Of a stretch of 64,000 bases of DNA, positions 42,277 to 55,112 are shown piece after piece. The DNA is from an uncultured Methylomirabilota bacterium. Lineage in GTDB: Bacteria; Methylomirabilota; Methylomirabilia; Methylomirabilales; 2-02-FULL-66-22. A model generated the notes under the pieces. The model saw only the letters and a list, made by a program, of their open reading frames with translations, was not told the DNA's origin and searched no databases. Numbering within the stretch: the stretch's first letter is position 1; every line of letters starts with the position of its first letter. The stretch is taken from assembly GCA_963705305.1 (NCBI GenBank), contig OY970067.1, positions 3,776,001-3,840,000 on the forward strand. The letters run 5' to 3'. The translations under genes were made by a program, and so were the position numbers.

Positions 42277-42795
42277 TGTGGGCTAACGACCAGATCATGA
42301 GCAAAAGTCCGTGGGGAAAATGGGTGACACTCCGACACCGAGGGTCCCCGAAGGACCCGAAAGGAGTGTGACCCATGGAGAGGATCGGCAAGGCAGGAGG
42401 GAAGCGGCAACAGAGTCGGGGGCCGCGGAAGGCAACGCGGCGGGGCGGCGGGGCGGCGGGGCGCACCCCCACGTCCACCCGTTCGAGGTCCGGCGCAAAG
42501 CGGTGCAGCTCTGCCTGGAGGAAGGCTTCCCCGTCGACCAGGTGGCCCGTGAACTCGGCGTCGGCTTTAGTACGCTCGGGGCGTGGGTGCGCAGGTATCG
42601 CGCCCAGGGGGAAGCGGGCCTGCAGGCGAAGCCGACCGGGCGGGGCCGCCCGCGGCCCAAAGTGGCCCCGGCGGTGAAGGCGGAGGTCGTCGCCCTCAAG
42701 CGGCGCCACCCCGAGGCCGGGATCCAGAAGATCGGCCAATTCCTGCGGCGCGTGCTGTGCCTGCCGGTGAGCCGGAAGACGGTGCGCCGCACCCA
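42277..42795 (+). mobile_element. IS481-like element left end with truncated HTH transposase
   Basis: Starts TGT; QVARELGVGFSTLGAWVRRYRAQGEAGL; no DDE domain. Confidence 0.65.
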
Positions 42796-42877
42796 TGGCC
42801 TCCGGAACGGCGTTCGGCTGGCGGGCCTAGCCGTGCACAGCGGCCCGGCGTTTGGCAGCGCATGGGCTAGACATGGG

Positions 42878-43321
42878 TCAGCCTCCATTCCCCTGGGCTT
42901 TCATCTTGCGCTTCCGCTGGCGCTCCGCGCTCCCGATGGTCGCCTGGATGACGGTCAGGAGGGCTTCGAACCGAAACGGCTTCGTGAGGCAGGACATGGC
43001 GCCGACCTCGTAGGCCCGGTGGTTGAGGGCGGCATCCTTCACCGCCGTCAGGACGATCACCGGGATCGGCGCGGTCAGGGGGGTCGCCTTCAGGTGCCGG
43101 CACACCTCGAACCCATCCATCCCGGGCATCAGGATATCCAGGAGGATCAGCGCCGGGCGCTCCTTGTCGGCCAGGGCGAGCCCCGCCTGCCCGTTCGTGG
43201 CTACAACGACCCGGTAGCCGCGGCCTTCCAAGACAGTCTTGCACATGCTGAGCACGAGCCGGTCATCATCGATGCAGAGGATCGTCGGACGGGCCCCGCC
43301 CGCCGGGGATTCAGCAGCCAT
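42878..43321 (-). CDS. Single-domain response regulator (receiver)
   Basis: ILCIDDD, LLDILMPGMDG, LTKPF. Confidence 0.92.
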   Translation of the reverse strand: MAAESPAGGARPTILCIDDDRLVLSMCKTVLEGRGYRVVVATNGQAGLALADKERPALILLDILMPGMDGFEVCRHLKATPLTAPIPVIVLTAVKDAALNHRAYEVGAMSCLTKPFRFEALLTVIQATIGSAERQRKRKMKAQGNGG

Positions 43322-43575
43322 GGGCTCATCTCCTCTCTGGGTCGCCACTCCCGGAGCGCAGCGCTGAGTAACTCGCCGCGCCAGCGCCGCGGGATACCTC
43401 CCCGGCCTGGTCGTCGGGAGCGGCTTTTCGGGAGCGGGCCGGAAACAGGCATGGTTTCAAAAGACGCGGCCCGGATTTCCCTTATCACCGAATTTCCTTC
43501 CAAGGGCCCCCGGGTATAGCCCATGCCTTCGTCCAGCAACACCCCCACCATCATCTTGCCCCCCCTTGATGGTGC

Positions 43576-43830
43576 CTACTCTTTGGGAGGCAAGTATCTC
43601 ATCGGCCCGCATGGCATCGTGCTCCAATTCTTCCGGGCCCGCGCCGCCTCGCAGCTCGGCGTCACCGGCAGCCCTCCGGGCGGGAGGACGTAGGTCGGTC
43701 CACGCGCGTCTAGCGGGGCGATCCAGGGAGGAGCAGGCGGAGATGGGGCGGGCGGTGCTTGGGGAGTGGGCGCTGTAACGGCCGCTGCCGCGAGCGTCAG
43801 GCCAAGAGCCAGGACCGCTTTCACGTTCAT
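43576..43830 (-). CDS. Small secreted Pro-rich hypothetical protein
   Basis: Signal-peptide-like N-terminus; overlaps the stop of the upstream gene. Confidence 0.5.
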   Translation of the reverse strand: MNVKAVLALGLTLAAAAVTAPTPQAPPAPSPPAPPWIAPLDARGPTYVLPPGGLPVTPSCEAARARKNWSTMPCGPMRYLPPKE

Positions 43831-45167
43831 CGCTCCGCCCCGGCTTCACTGTGCGCCTTCTCGGAGGCTGTCCCCCGCGCCGCCCGCTCGATCATGGCAC
43901 CGGTGAGGATCGCATCCGGCACGGCCAGGACGATCGGCTGCGCGCGGCCGTCCAGGATGACGGTGACCTGCTTTGCGTCCGGATCCGCCTCCACCTCAAG
44001 CACCTTCTGGAGCGGGTAACTGGTGGAGCCGTCGCCGACCAGGAGAAGGCGCTTGGAGGTGACGTAGAGCGAGCCGGCCATCGTTGGGATGAGGCGCGCA
44101 GCCTCCTGCTGGTCACTGCTCCCCGCACGGATCCGCGCGCCACGCCGCTCCAGGAGCTGCATCGGTGCCATCCGGTAGCACACCTCACCTTGGTGGAGCG
44201 CGACCTTCACGGGGATCGGCTGGAGCGCGCCGTCCCGGATCCGTCGGGCCTCGTGCAGTTGCTCGATCATGGCCAGCTCGGGCGTGATGGCCGCGGCCGG
44301 GATCCCCAGCGCCGCCTGGAAGCCGCGGAGCGTCCTCTCCTCGGCCTCGGTCAACGTGTGATCGCTCACGGCGGTCAGGTAGTGCCGCCGGAAGGCCTCG
44401 AGCTTGGCCGCCTCCAGCACCGGGGACGGCAACTCCAGCAGGCGCGTCACCTGGGTGATCGCCTCCTGCGCCGGGGCCGCGAGCGTGCCATCCTCCATCA
44501 CGCCCTGGAGGAACGCGCGGAAGGCCGCGCCGTGGAGCGCCTGCAGTTGGTCCGGGCGGAAGCGGCCGGCCCGGCGGAGCTCTCGCACGGCTGCAAGGTC
44601 TCGCGGGGGGAAGGGTGGCTTACTCTGCAGCAGGGCGAGGAGGCGGGTCGCGTACCCACTCAGCCGGCGCGTGTAGACGCGGTCGGTCAGGTGCATCCAG
44701 ATCGCGAGCGCGACCGCGGCCACCGCCAGGGGCGCCGCCACCAAGCACAGGTCGGCGTCGAGAGAAAGGAGCATCACCAGCGGGCCGACGACGAGCGGAA
44801 TGCGGGCGAGCCCGCCATAGCGCGTGGCCTGGACGTCCACGTGCGGGGTGGGGCCAGGGGCAACCGTGAGCTCGGGGGCGGGCGGCGCGACCGCCGCCGA
44901 CGAGGCTGCCGGGGGCTCTGGCGGGAGGACATGCCCAGGAGGCGCGCTCCCCCGGCGCTCAGGTGTCTCTGCCTTCCGGGCGGGGGCATGGTGATGGCCG
45001 ACGTACTCCCGCACGTACAGGCCGCCCCGGCCGGCGTGCAGGTAGGTCCCCCGGGGGCCTGCGCCGATCCGGAGGCCCTTCACGCCGACGGAGATCCCCA
45101 GGCCACCCTTGGAGAGGTTCAGACGAAGCGGTCCGAAGGAGAAAGCCTTCCTGATGTAAAAGCCCAT
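43827..45167 (-). CDS. DUF4236-domain membrane protein
   Basis: MGFYIRKAFSFGPLRLNLSKGGLGISVG N-terminus; two TM segments. Confidence 0.8.
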   Translation of the reverse strand: MGFYIRKAFSFGPLRLNLSKGGLGISVGVKGLRIGAGPRGTYLHAGRGGLYVREYVGHHHAPARKAETPERRGSAPPGHVLPPEPPAASSAAVAPPAPELTVAPGPTPHVDVQATRYGGLARIPLVVGPLVMLLSLDADLCLVAAPLAVAAVALAIWMHLTDRVYTRRLSGYATRLLALLQSKPPFPPRDLAAVRELRRAGRFRPDQLQALHGAAFRAFLQGVMEDGTLAAPAQEAITQVTRLLELPSPVLEAAKLEAFRRHYLTAVSDHTLTEAEERTLRGFQAALGIPAAAITPELAMIEQLHEARRIRDGALQPIPVKVALHQGEVCYRMAPMQLLERRGARIRAGSSDQQEAARLIPTMAGSLYVTSKRLLLVGDGSTSYPLQKVLEVEADPDAKQVTVILDGRAQPIVLAVPDAILTGAMIERAARGTASEKAHSEAGAER

Positions 45168-45422
45168 CCGCGCCTCCAGGTCGTCGATCAGTCAAACTAT
45201 TTGTCGGTATTGATCCTTTCAGTAGCGAGGCCGGCAAAAATGCCCGAGTCGTCGATCCCGCTCACCCTGTGCATACCTCTGCACTACCTACGCATCGCGA
45301 TGAACTTGAATGGCGAAGTCTAGCCAGGCCGGCCAGGACTGGCTCTTCGGGAGCGACCCTAGGCCGGGGAAGCTGAACCTATCTCAATCTAACCGCGGTT
45401 CCGTCAGCCCATCCCCGGCAAG

Positions 45423-45620
45423 CTAGCTCTGCTTCATCGGCAACAATCTCCAGCCTCCTTTTACCTCCGAGTACTGGTACACTCTTCCGTCTGTCGTCAG
45501 ACCATACACATTGTTGTTCCCCGCCGATATCTGTGTGAACCTAAGCTCCCCGCCTTGTACCTCCTCCACCGCCCTCGCCATCTCCGCCATCTCCCCCACC
45601 TCCTCCCTTTCCGCGTCCAC
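45423..45620 (-). CDS. Small hypothetical protein
   Basis: Purine-rich coding-like ORF, FTQISAG...YGLTTDGRVY. Confidence 0.45.
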   Translation of the reverse strand: MDAEREEVGEMAEMARAVEEVQGGELRFTQISAGNNNVYGLTTDGRVYQYSEVKGGWRLLPMKQS

Positions 45621-45732
45621 CTCTCACATCAAACAATGCTGTGCCCCTGGAGCCGGTGGGGGGGCATAGGCCGACCCCCTCGCCTCCCTTAGGGAGTCCC
45701 CTGGCGAAGTCCCGGGCTGCGGCCCGACTGGA

Positions 45733-46119
45733 TCACCGCTCCTCCGCCAAGGAGGCCGGCGGCTGCTCCCCCGCCGGGACCTCCGCGGCGGCAAAGGTGG
45801 CAACGAAGTCCCCGGGCAGTTCGTCCTTGAAGGCGACTCCGGCCGCTCCATAGCCCGCCAGGAAGGCCCGATCGACCCACGCGACCCGGCCCACGACCGT
45901 GAGGGCGGCTCGGCCATAGGGGTGGAGGGTGACGCGCACCGGGGCCCCGGGGTCTAGGACCCCGAAGAGCTGGAGCGACAAGCCTCCCCGGCTGAGATTC
46001 ACGATCCGCCCCGGCTGGGGCCGGCCCGCCGTCACCGCCGCCTCGACGGTGGCCGGGACACGAATGGGATACCGGGGGTCGTCGGCGCGTCGGCGGGAGA
46101 CGTCTCCTGCGTTCGGCAT
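45733..46119 (-). CDS. PilZ-domain protein
   Basis: RRADDPR (RxxxR) and NLSRGG (D/NxSxxG). Confidence 0.8.
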   Translation of the reverse strand: MPNAGDVSRRRADDPRYPIRVPATVEAAVTAGRPQPGRIVNLSRGGLSLQLFGVLDPGAPVRVTLHPYGRAALTVVGRVAWVDRAFLAGYGAAGVAFKDELPGDFVATFAAAEVPAGEQPPASLAEER

Positions 46120-46663
46120 CAGGTGCTCCCCCCTCTCGGCGTGCAGCGGGAGGAGCCGGGGTGGCCGACCCTTCCCGCAAGGCGAGGGTGAAACCTGGGA
46201 GCTCGGGCAGAAACCTATTCCTCGCGGTCCCCAATGTCAACAGCGATCCCGGACCGACGGGGATACGAGGCCAGTCCCCCAGGACGCGGCCCCATGCGTG
46301 AAAGCTCCCCACCACGGAGCCCCTCAGGGTGCGCCTGAGATTGCCGGTGGCGTGCAGGAAAATTAGGGCCGCAACTCGCAACAATTTGCACCCTGTTTCT
46401 CCCACTTACGGGTCCATGGCAGGGCCAACTCGCACCACTTCGGCCCTTCCGTTGCCAGTTCGGTTGCCATTGGGAGCCGGTCGTGCCCAGAGACTAACTG
46501 TCATCAACCGAAACATTCATTTGTCGAGAGCAACTACGAAAGCCGGAACCAACCGTCCGGTGTTTCACGGGAGAGGCGGTTGTCTACGGCCCAAAGAGGC
46601 CCCGATCCCTTACGGGGCGGCCATGCTTACATTGTGAGGACTGGTGCCGGGGGGCGGACTACC

Positions 46664-46838
46664 TGGGCTAACGACCAGATCATGAGCAAAAGTCCGTGAG
46701 GAAAATGGGTGACACTCCGACACCGAGGTTCCCAGGAGGAACCGAAAGGAGTGTGACCCATGGAGAGGATCGGCAAGGCAGGAGGGAAGCGGAAGCAGAG
46801 CCGGGGGCCGCGGAAGGCAACGCGGCGGGGCGGCGGGA
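46664..46838 (+). repeat. Second copy of the IS481-like left end
   Basis: Near-identical to 42279-42452. Confidence 0.8.
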
Positions 46839-47380
46839 GATCCTGTGGCGCGAGATCGAGGAGGCGGAGACCACCCGGCGGGGAATACTCCAGTTGAGCC
46901 TCGCAAGTCTTGGGACGGCCCCTCGGGGGTCTCACGGAAAAGCTGCGGACTGGGATCATAGTCCGTTTTCGTTCGGTGAAGCGATCAGGGCGTCCGTGCA
47001 GACGATCATGGTAACCGAAGACGGCTCGCTGAGGCTCCAGCTGAAACCACAGGGCCTGCTAGGGACTCAGACACCCATCGCGGATGCAGGTTGCCGGGGG
47101 ACCGGACCCATCCTGGAGCGAACCATCCGATCCGCCACGGGACGACAGTGGAGGGCAATCGGCACAAGATAGATGGCCGGGGGATTCACCACCAATTGAG
47201 CGGTACGGAAAGCCCGGGTCTATTCCCAAGGGGATCCCTTCGGAAGCAAGGAATGAGACCCGCCGCAGAATCTGGCATGCCCGGAATTGCCGGAAGGGCC
47301 TCCCACTTTCTGGCTCGCGGGAGGCGGGCGCCGGACGATACATTCGAGGGCGCGATGCTCGGGAATCTCGCCGCGGGGGA

Positions 47381-48781
47381 TCAAGCCTGCGGGGGCTCAA
47401 GCGTCATCGGGGACGGAGTCTCCCGCTTCCGCAGTCCGTAATACAGCCCGCCCGCCACAAGCATGCCAATGTAATAGGCGAGGTCGGCCCCGTGCAGCAG
47501 CCTGGCGACCGGCCCGGTGAAGAGCGAGGAGTTCATGAACGGGAGGGAAGCGACCAGCCCAGCCAGGAACGCCGCGAGCCCCGGCCACTCGACCGCCCGA
47601 GGCGCCGCCGGCGAGGAGTCAGGGCGCGCCTGCGGGCCCTGCCCCGGGCGCAGGAAGAAATCGACCACGATGACGGCCCACCAGGGGCCAATCCAGTACG
47701 AGAGGAGCAGCAGGAAGGTCTCGTACTTGCTGGCGAGGCCGTGGACCCCGTACAGGGCCAGCGCCCCCCCCAGCACGCCGACGGCGACGACGGACACCCA
47801 GCGGCGCACGGGCACATCCAGGGTGAGCAGGGAGAGCGCGCCGGTGTAGATGTTCAGGGCATTGGCCGTGATGGTCCCCAGGACGATGGCCAGCAGGGCC
47901 GGGAGCCAAAAGCGGCCCATCACCTTGACGACCAGGTCGATGGGCGCCAAATGGAAGCCGATCGTCGCCACCGCCGCCCCCAGGACTTGCAGCCAGACGC
48001 ACCCAAGGAACGAGCCGGCAAACACGGCCGCGAAGACGCGACGCTTGGAGGTGGTCGCCGGGAGGTAGCGCGCGTAGTCGGCGGCGTAGGGCGACCAGCT
48101 GAACACATAGGACGCCACTGCCGTCATAACGAGAATGGAGATCCCCAGGTGATCGGCCGGCGCCAGGCGCGACACCACGCCCAGGTGCGCCTGCGGGAGG
48201 CCAACGCCCAGCATGAGGAGAAAGATCCCCGCCAGGAAGATGGCGCTCGCGGCCTCGAAGCGGTGGATCAGGTTGTAGCCGTAGATCCCGAGGAGCATCT
48301 GCCCGGCCGTGAGGACGAGCAGGGCCGCCCCGAACGGCAGGAGCGCCAGGCGCGCGAGGGCTAGAGCGCCGAGGATGCTGTTGACGGCGTACCAGCCGCT
48401 GGCGCTGACCCAGTTCAGCAGGGCCGGCAGATACACCGCCCGGCCCCCGAAGCTCCCGCGGGTAAACGGCAGCTGCGGCATGCCGATCGCCGGCCCCATG
48501 CTGGCGGTGATCGCCAGGATGGCGCAGCCCAGCACGTTGCCGAGCACAATGACGGCGACCCCATCCGCGAAGCCCAGCCCTAAGAGAATGGGCAAGGCGC
48601 CCACCAGCCACACCGGGAGCCCCATGTTGGCCGAGAACCAGAGGGTGAAGAGCGCCCGGACGCTCCCGTGCCGCTCCTCTCCTGCAATGTACTCGATGCC
48701 GTACGGCTCGACGGTGAGCACCTGTCCGCGATAGGATGTCTTGGTGGCCGGGCCGGTAGCCCCGGATCTGGTCGTGGCCAT
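47381..48781 (-). CDS. NCS1 (purine-cytosine permease) family transporter, probably for a thiamine precursor
   Basis: EPYGIE...ERHG, WFSAN, SWSPYAADYARY; downstream of thiC. Confidence 0.88.
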   Translation of the reverse strand: MATTRSGATGPATKTSYRGQVLTVEPYGIEYIAGEERHGSVRALFTLWFSANMGLPVWLVGALPILLGLGFADGVAVIVLGNVLGCAILAITASMGPAIGMPQLPFTRGSFGGRAVYLPALLNWVSASGWYAVNSILGALALARLALLPFGAALLVLTAGQMLLGIYGYNLIHRFEAASAIFLAGIFLLMLGVGLPQAHLGVVSRLAPADHLGISILVMTAVASYVFSWSPYAADYARYLPATTSKRRVFAAVFAGSFLGCVWLQVLGAAVATIGFHLAPIDLVVKVMGRFWLPALLAIVLGTITANALNIYTGALSLLTLDVPVRRWVSVVAVGVLGGALALYGVHGLASKYETFLLLLSYWIGPWWAVIVVDFFLRPGQGPQARPDSSPAAPRAVEWPGLAAFLAGLVASLPFMNSSLFTGPVARLLHGADLAYYIGMLVAGGLYYGLRKRETPSPMTLEPPQA

Positions 48782-48871
48782 GCGGTCTCTCCTCTCGCCC
48801 TGGGCCGCGGTGTTCGGCGGTTCCGGCCGGGAGGCGGGGAGAGCGGCCCCCGCTCCCGGGCAGGGGGCTCC

Positions 48872-50558
<1,687 letters not shown>

Positions 50559-50876
50559 CGTTTGTGACGGAAACACCGTAGCATCCTTGCGCGCGCCCGT
50601 CAACGCTCCGGCCGCCGTCGCCACTCCCCAGGTCTTGAACGCCTCCAGCTCCCGCGTGGACACGGCACCGCAGCTGGGACGACTTCACCCTGGCCCACGT
50701 TAAAGGATTTTCATCTGCGGTTAATCCTACTCTCATGTTGGCGCAGTATGGTCGCAGCGGCAGTCGGGCGGCCGGGGGTCCGACAAGTCCGCACGTGCCG
50801 GCCCGGAGCAAGAGGGGGCCCGCGCGGTGGCCGCGCGGCGCGGGGGGGATGGAGGGAAGATCTGGAGGGCCACCCG

Positions 50877-51863
50877 ATGACGGGGAACCATTCGCCGGGA
50901 ACAGCATCCTTGGGCCGGGCGACGGATCCGCTGTGGATCGTGGTTTTGGCGGGCGGGGAGGGCCGGCGCCTCAAGGCGTTCCTCCGCACCGTCCTTGGCG
51001 ACAGCCGGCCGAAGCAGTTCTGCCAGATCATCGGGGGGCGCTCCATGCTCCGCCACACCTGGGACCGTGCCCGCCGCCTGGTGCCGGCGCACCGCCTCGT
51101 CACCGTCATCACGGCGGGGCAGGAACGGTTCATGGCGGCGGAGGCGGGCCAGGGGATCCCGGGGCGCGTGCTGGTGCAGCCCATGAACCGCGAGACCGGG
51201 CCGGGGCTGCTGCTCCCCGTGCTCTGGATCGCGCACCGGGACCCGACCGCCAGCCTGGCCGTCTTCCCGGCGGACCAGTTCGTCTGGGAGGAGTCCCGCT
51301 TCCTGGCCCACGTGGCCGAGGCCGTGGTCCTCAGCCGGCGCCGGCCGGACCGGCTCGTCCTGCTGGGCATCGAGCCGGCGGGGCCCGAGCCCGGCTACGG
51401 GTGGATCGAGCCGGGTGCCCCCTGCGAGGGCGCCTTGCCCCAGCGTGAGGTCTACACAGTCGCCAACTTCTGGGAGAAGCCCGACGGGGCGCTGGTGCGC
51501 CAGCTCCAGGCGGCGGGGTGCTTCTGGAACAGCTTCGTCATGGCCGGCACTGTCCACGCCTTCTTGCGCGTGGCCGCCGCCCACCAGCCGGAGGTCGTGG
51601 AGACCCTCCAGGCGGCGCGCCCGTGGTTCGACACTGCGGCCGTGCGGCCGGCGGTGGCCGCGGCGTACCGCCGCCTCCGACCGATGGACTTCTCCCGGGA
51701 CGTCCTGACGCCGGGGCGAGACGCCCTGCTGGTGCAGCCCGGCCGGGGGCTCACGTGGTCCGACTGGGGGGAGCCCGCGCGTATCCTCCAGACGCTCCAC
51801 CAGCTCGGCCGCCGCCCACCCTGGCTCCCCGCCGCCCCGTCCCACCTGGCCCCGGTGGGGTAG
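50877..51863 (+). CDS. Mannose-1-phosphate guanylyltransferase-like nucleotidyltransferase
   Basis: LAGGEGRRL, PKQF, QPMNRETGP, YGWIEP, FWEKP, WSDWG. Confidence 0.88.
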   Translation: MTGNHSPGTASLGRATDPLWIVVLAGGEGRRLKAFLRTVLGDSRPKQFCQIIGGRSMLRHTWDRARRLVPAHRLVTVITAGQERFMAAEAGQGIPGRVLVQPMNRETGPGLLLPVLWIAHRDPTASLAVFPADQFVWEESRFLAHVAEAVVLSRRRPDRLVLLGIEPAGPEPGYGWIEPGAPCEGALPQREVYTVANFWEKPDGALVRQLQAAGCFWNSFVMAGTVHAFLRVAAAHQPEVVETLQAARPWFDTAAVRPAVAAAYRRLRPMDFSRDVLTPGRDALLVQPGRGLTWSDWGEPARILQTLHQLGRRPPWLPAAPSHLAPVG

Positions 51864-51985
51864 CCGTGCATGCGGCGGGCTGTGGACGCGCCGCCACCCT
51901 GCTGGCGTGGCTCCTGGTGGCGGGGGGCCTCCTCTTCGTTCGGCTGGGGACTCCCGGGCTCTTCGACGCGGACGAGCCGGCCATC
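51863..51985 (+). pseudogene. N-terminal fragment of an ArnT/GT39-like glycosyltransferase
   Basis: TM segment followed by LGTPGLFDADEPA, then unrelated sequence. Confidence 0.5.
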
Positions 51986-52615
51986 GGGTCGAATCGGCGC
52001 AGGGCCAAGCGGGCGAAAGGGAGTACAGGTCCGGTGGGCTCCGGCCTTCCGGTCCGCGAGGCCCTGGGTGCGGCGCTCCTCCTCCGCGTGGCCGGGGCCT
52101 TGCTGTCGAGCCTTACTGTTTCTTCGGGGCTGGGAGGGCCCAGGATGGGCGACCGTTGATGACTGGCTCCCGCGCGCGGGCCCGGTCGTCTTCCCGGCCG
52201 GTGGCCTCCCGTCTGCACGCTCGCCGCACCACCCCCTGGGCTGCGGGCTGCGGCGGGTCGATCGGCCACTCCACGAGCCAGGGCCACGGGGGGAACGCGA
52301 GGGGTCCAGACCGGGCGCCCTGCTTTCCTTCCGCACCCGTGACCGATTCAGAACGCGAGAGGAGCGCCCGCCCCTCGCGTCCGGCGGACCGACAGGCATC
52401 GTCTTGACACGGTGCCCTACCCGGAACAGGGTCCGGTGTGGCCCGCGCGGCCGCCAGCCCGAGTGGGTGTGAGGCGGGGGCTGCACGGGGACCGGCAGGG
52501 GTCGCCCGAGGCGACGCGCCCCTCCCCACTCGGCGGGACCCCGGGTGGCGTAGGACCGCCCCAGCGACAGGCCGGGGGAACGGGGATGGCTCGAACAAGA
52601 AGGAGGAGAACACGA

Positions 52616-52845
52616 TGAAACGCGAGTACTGGTTTGCCATCATCGCCCTAGTGGTCGGGCTGGTGATCGGCTACGGGGTCTGGGGCACCAAGGCGGCGCA
52701 GGTGGCAAACCTCACCACGCAGGTCCAGCAGCTCACGCAGGAGAATACGGATCTGAAAGCGAAGCTCGCCGCGGTGCCGGCCCCGGCGCCCGCCAGCGCC
52801 CCCGCGGCGGCCCCCAGCGGAACGTCGGAGCAGAAAGCGCAGTGA
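52616..52845 (+). CDS. Small membrane-anchored coiled-coil protein
   Basis: AAGGAGGAG RBS; MKREYWFAIIALVVGLVIGYG followed by a heptad pattern. Confidence 0.7.
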
Positions 52846-53344
52846 CGCCGGCCGGCCGGCGAGGAGCCGAGGCCCCGCGCGTCCTCGCCGGCCCTCCGGC
52901 TCTCTGTCTCTGCTCGGGCGCGCGGCCGGAAGCCCAGGGGAAATCTCAACGCAGAGAGGCACACCGGGGATCTCCGATCACGGGGAGAAGGCGTCCGAGA
53001 CGAACCCCCGACGAGAGCCACGGAACCACCGACCCTCCTCTGATGCGGCGGTCAGGAGTCACTTTCCGACGGGAGCCAGGCGGAATCGACCCTTACTACT
53101 CAATGCGCGGTCCGGGGGAGGGAATCGAACCCTTATGCGATCCTTGGGCGGGCAATACGAGCCCCGCTTATACAGATCGGCTCGGGGTTGCGAACACTCT
53201 CGAATGGGCCGAGCAGTGGCAAGGGACTCGGTGTTGCACGCGAGAGTGGGTCAAGGACTCGCAACACTTCCTGACGGAATTGCTGGACTTCCGGAGCGCC
53301 GGAGGAGCCAACTCGCACCAGTTTTCCTATTCTGTTGCGGGTTC

Positions 53345-53545
53345 TGGAAAGCCTTCGCCAGGGCATTGGCGGCCCGGAGCTTATCCTCCTTGGTGACCTT
53401 GGTGTAGATCGTGGTGGTCTTGATGCTCGCGTGCACCACTTACTCCTGGACGACCTCCATGTCGTTCCCGCTGGCCCGGGAGAGATGCGTGGCATAAGTG
53501 CGCCGGCAGGCGCGGCTGGCGTACTGAGGATCCAGGCCCCCGGCG
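53345..53545 (-). pseudogene. XerC-like tyrosine recombinase C-terminal remnant (copy A)
   Basis: CRRTYATHL...VVQE*VVHASIKTTTIY. Confidence 0.75.
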
Positions 53546-53891
53546 GTCTACTCTGGGCCCTACTCCTGATCTGCTCCCCCTCTGGCCAGACGTTCACGGA
53601 GAAGCAGGTTGCACGTCATCGGGGGAGCTGCCTCTCCCGAGATCGCCGCCGGGCACTCAAGGCTACTCGGCCCAGCGGGGAGGGGTGTGGCAGGGGGCGC
53701 GAGCCGAAGGGGGGTTCCACGACCGACCAGCCCGCCGACCGCGGGACCTTCGTCCGGGAATGCAGAGGAATACGGCGAGGCGGGTTGACCTTCGTGGAAG
53801 TGCGTGGCACCCTTCCTCCGTCGTGCGGCAGGTCGCATCCGCGGGGGGACGTCTCGTTCTCGTCAGCTCCGGCTGGCAAGGGAGGATCCGC

Positions 53892-55112
53892 ATGTTCGGT
53901 TCCAGGGTGGGCGGAGGCAAAGCGGCAGAGGGTGGGAAGAAATGGCCGGGTCGGCGCGGCTGGGCTGCGGGCCTGGGCCTCCTCAGTGTCGCCGTGCTGG
54001 GGCTGCAGGTCCTGAGTGCCCCGGCCGTCGCGGCGATACCCCGGCGCACGCTCCCCACGGCGGCGGGCCCGGGCACGGCGGCCTGGATCACCATCAATGC
54101 GGCCACGGGGGAGGTCCTGGCCAGCCAGGAGCCGGATCGGCGCGGCACGCCGGCCTCCATGACGAAGATGATGCTGGCCCTCCTGGTCATGGAGGCGATT
54201 CGCGACGGGCACCTGAAACTCACGGACCCCGTCACCACCTCGGCGTGGGCGAGCCATATCGGCGGCTCGCGGGTGTACCTGAAGGAGGGGGAGGTCTTCC
54301 CCGTCGAAGACTTGATGGCGGCGGTGCTCATCGGGTCCGCCAACGATGCGGCGGTGGCGCTGGCCGAGCGCGTGTTCGGCACGGTCCAGGAGGCAGTGAG
54401 CCGAATGAACGACCGGGCCGCGGAGCTCAAACTCACGGGGACGCACTTTGCGTCGGTCCATGGGCTGCCGCCCGGCCCGGGGCAGGAGGCGGACGTGACC
54501 ACGCCGCGGGACGTGGCCCGCCTCGCCCAGGAGCTGGTGAAGTTCCCGGACATCCTCCGCTGGACCGCCACTCCCGAGGCGCCCTTCCGCCAGGGGGCCT
54601 TCATCCTCCGAAACACCAATCACCTCATCGGGCACTTCCCCGGGGCGGACGGCCTGAAGACCGGCTATTACCGGGCGGCCGGGTACAATGTGGCCGCCAC
54701 GGCGACGCGCGGCCCGCTACGCCTCATCACCGTGGTGATGGGGGCGCCCACCAACCGCGCGCGGTTCGAGGAGGCGGCCCGCCTCCTGGCGGAGGGGTTC
54801 ACCCGGTACGTCGAGGTAGTCGTGGCCAAGGCGGGGGCACCGGAAGGGGCGGAGATCCGGTTGCCGCGGGCGGCCGCCGGCTTCCGGCCCGTCACGGGGA
54901 CGGAGGTCCGGGTCCTCGTGCTCCGAGACCAGAAGGACGCGATTCACACCCAGGTGGAGCTCCAGGCCGGGCTGCGGGCGCCCCTCCCGAAGGGGCACGC
55001 GGTCGGCAGGCTGGTCGCCCGGATCGGGGACCGCGAGATCGCCCGCACCCCCGTCGTGACGCCGGCGGCGGTCTCCCGAGGCTTCTTCTGGTGGGTCACG
55101 CCGTGGCGGTGA
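53892..55112 (+). CDS. dacA: D-alanyl-D-alanine carboxypeptidase (PBP5/6, peptidase S11)
   Basis: PASMTK (SxxK), SAND (SxN), KTG; start uncertain. Confidence 0.9.
   Translation: MFGSRVGGGKAAEGGKKWPGRRGWAAGLGLLSVAVLGLQVLSAPAVAAIPRRTLPTAAGPGTAAWITINAATGEVLASQEPDRRGTPASMTKMMLALLVMEAIRDGHLKLTDPVTTSAWASHIGGSRVYLKEGEVFPVEDLMAAVLIGSANDAAVALAERVFGTVQEAVSRMNDRAAELKLTGTHFASVHGLPPGPGQEADVTTPRDVARLAQELVKFPDILRWTATPEAPFRQGAFILRNTNHLIGHFPGADGLKTGYYRAAGYNVAATATRGPLRLITVVMGAPTNRARFEEAARLLAEGFTRYVEVVVAKAGAPEGAEIRLPRAAAGFRPVTGTEVRVLVLRDQKDAIHTQVELQAGLRAPLPKGHAVGRLVARIGDREIARTPVVTPAAVSRGFFWWVTPWR

Noticed and set aside
53060..53200. Complete tRNA gene
   Set aside because: Only a T-arm/acceptor-like half is present; no cloverleaf can be built.
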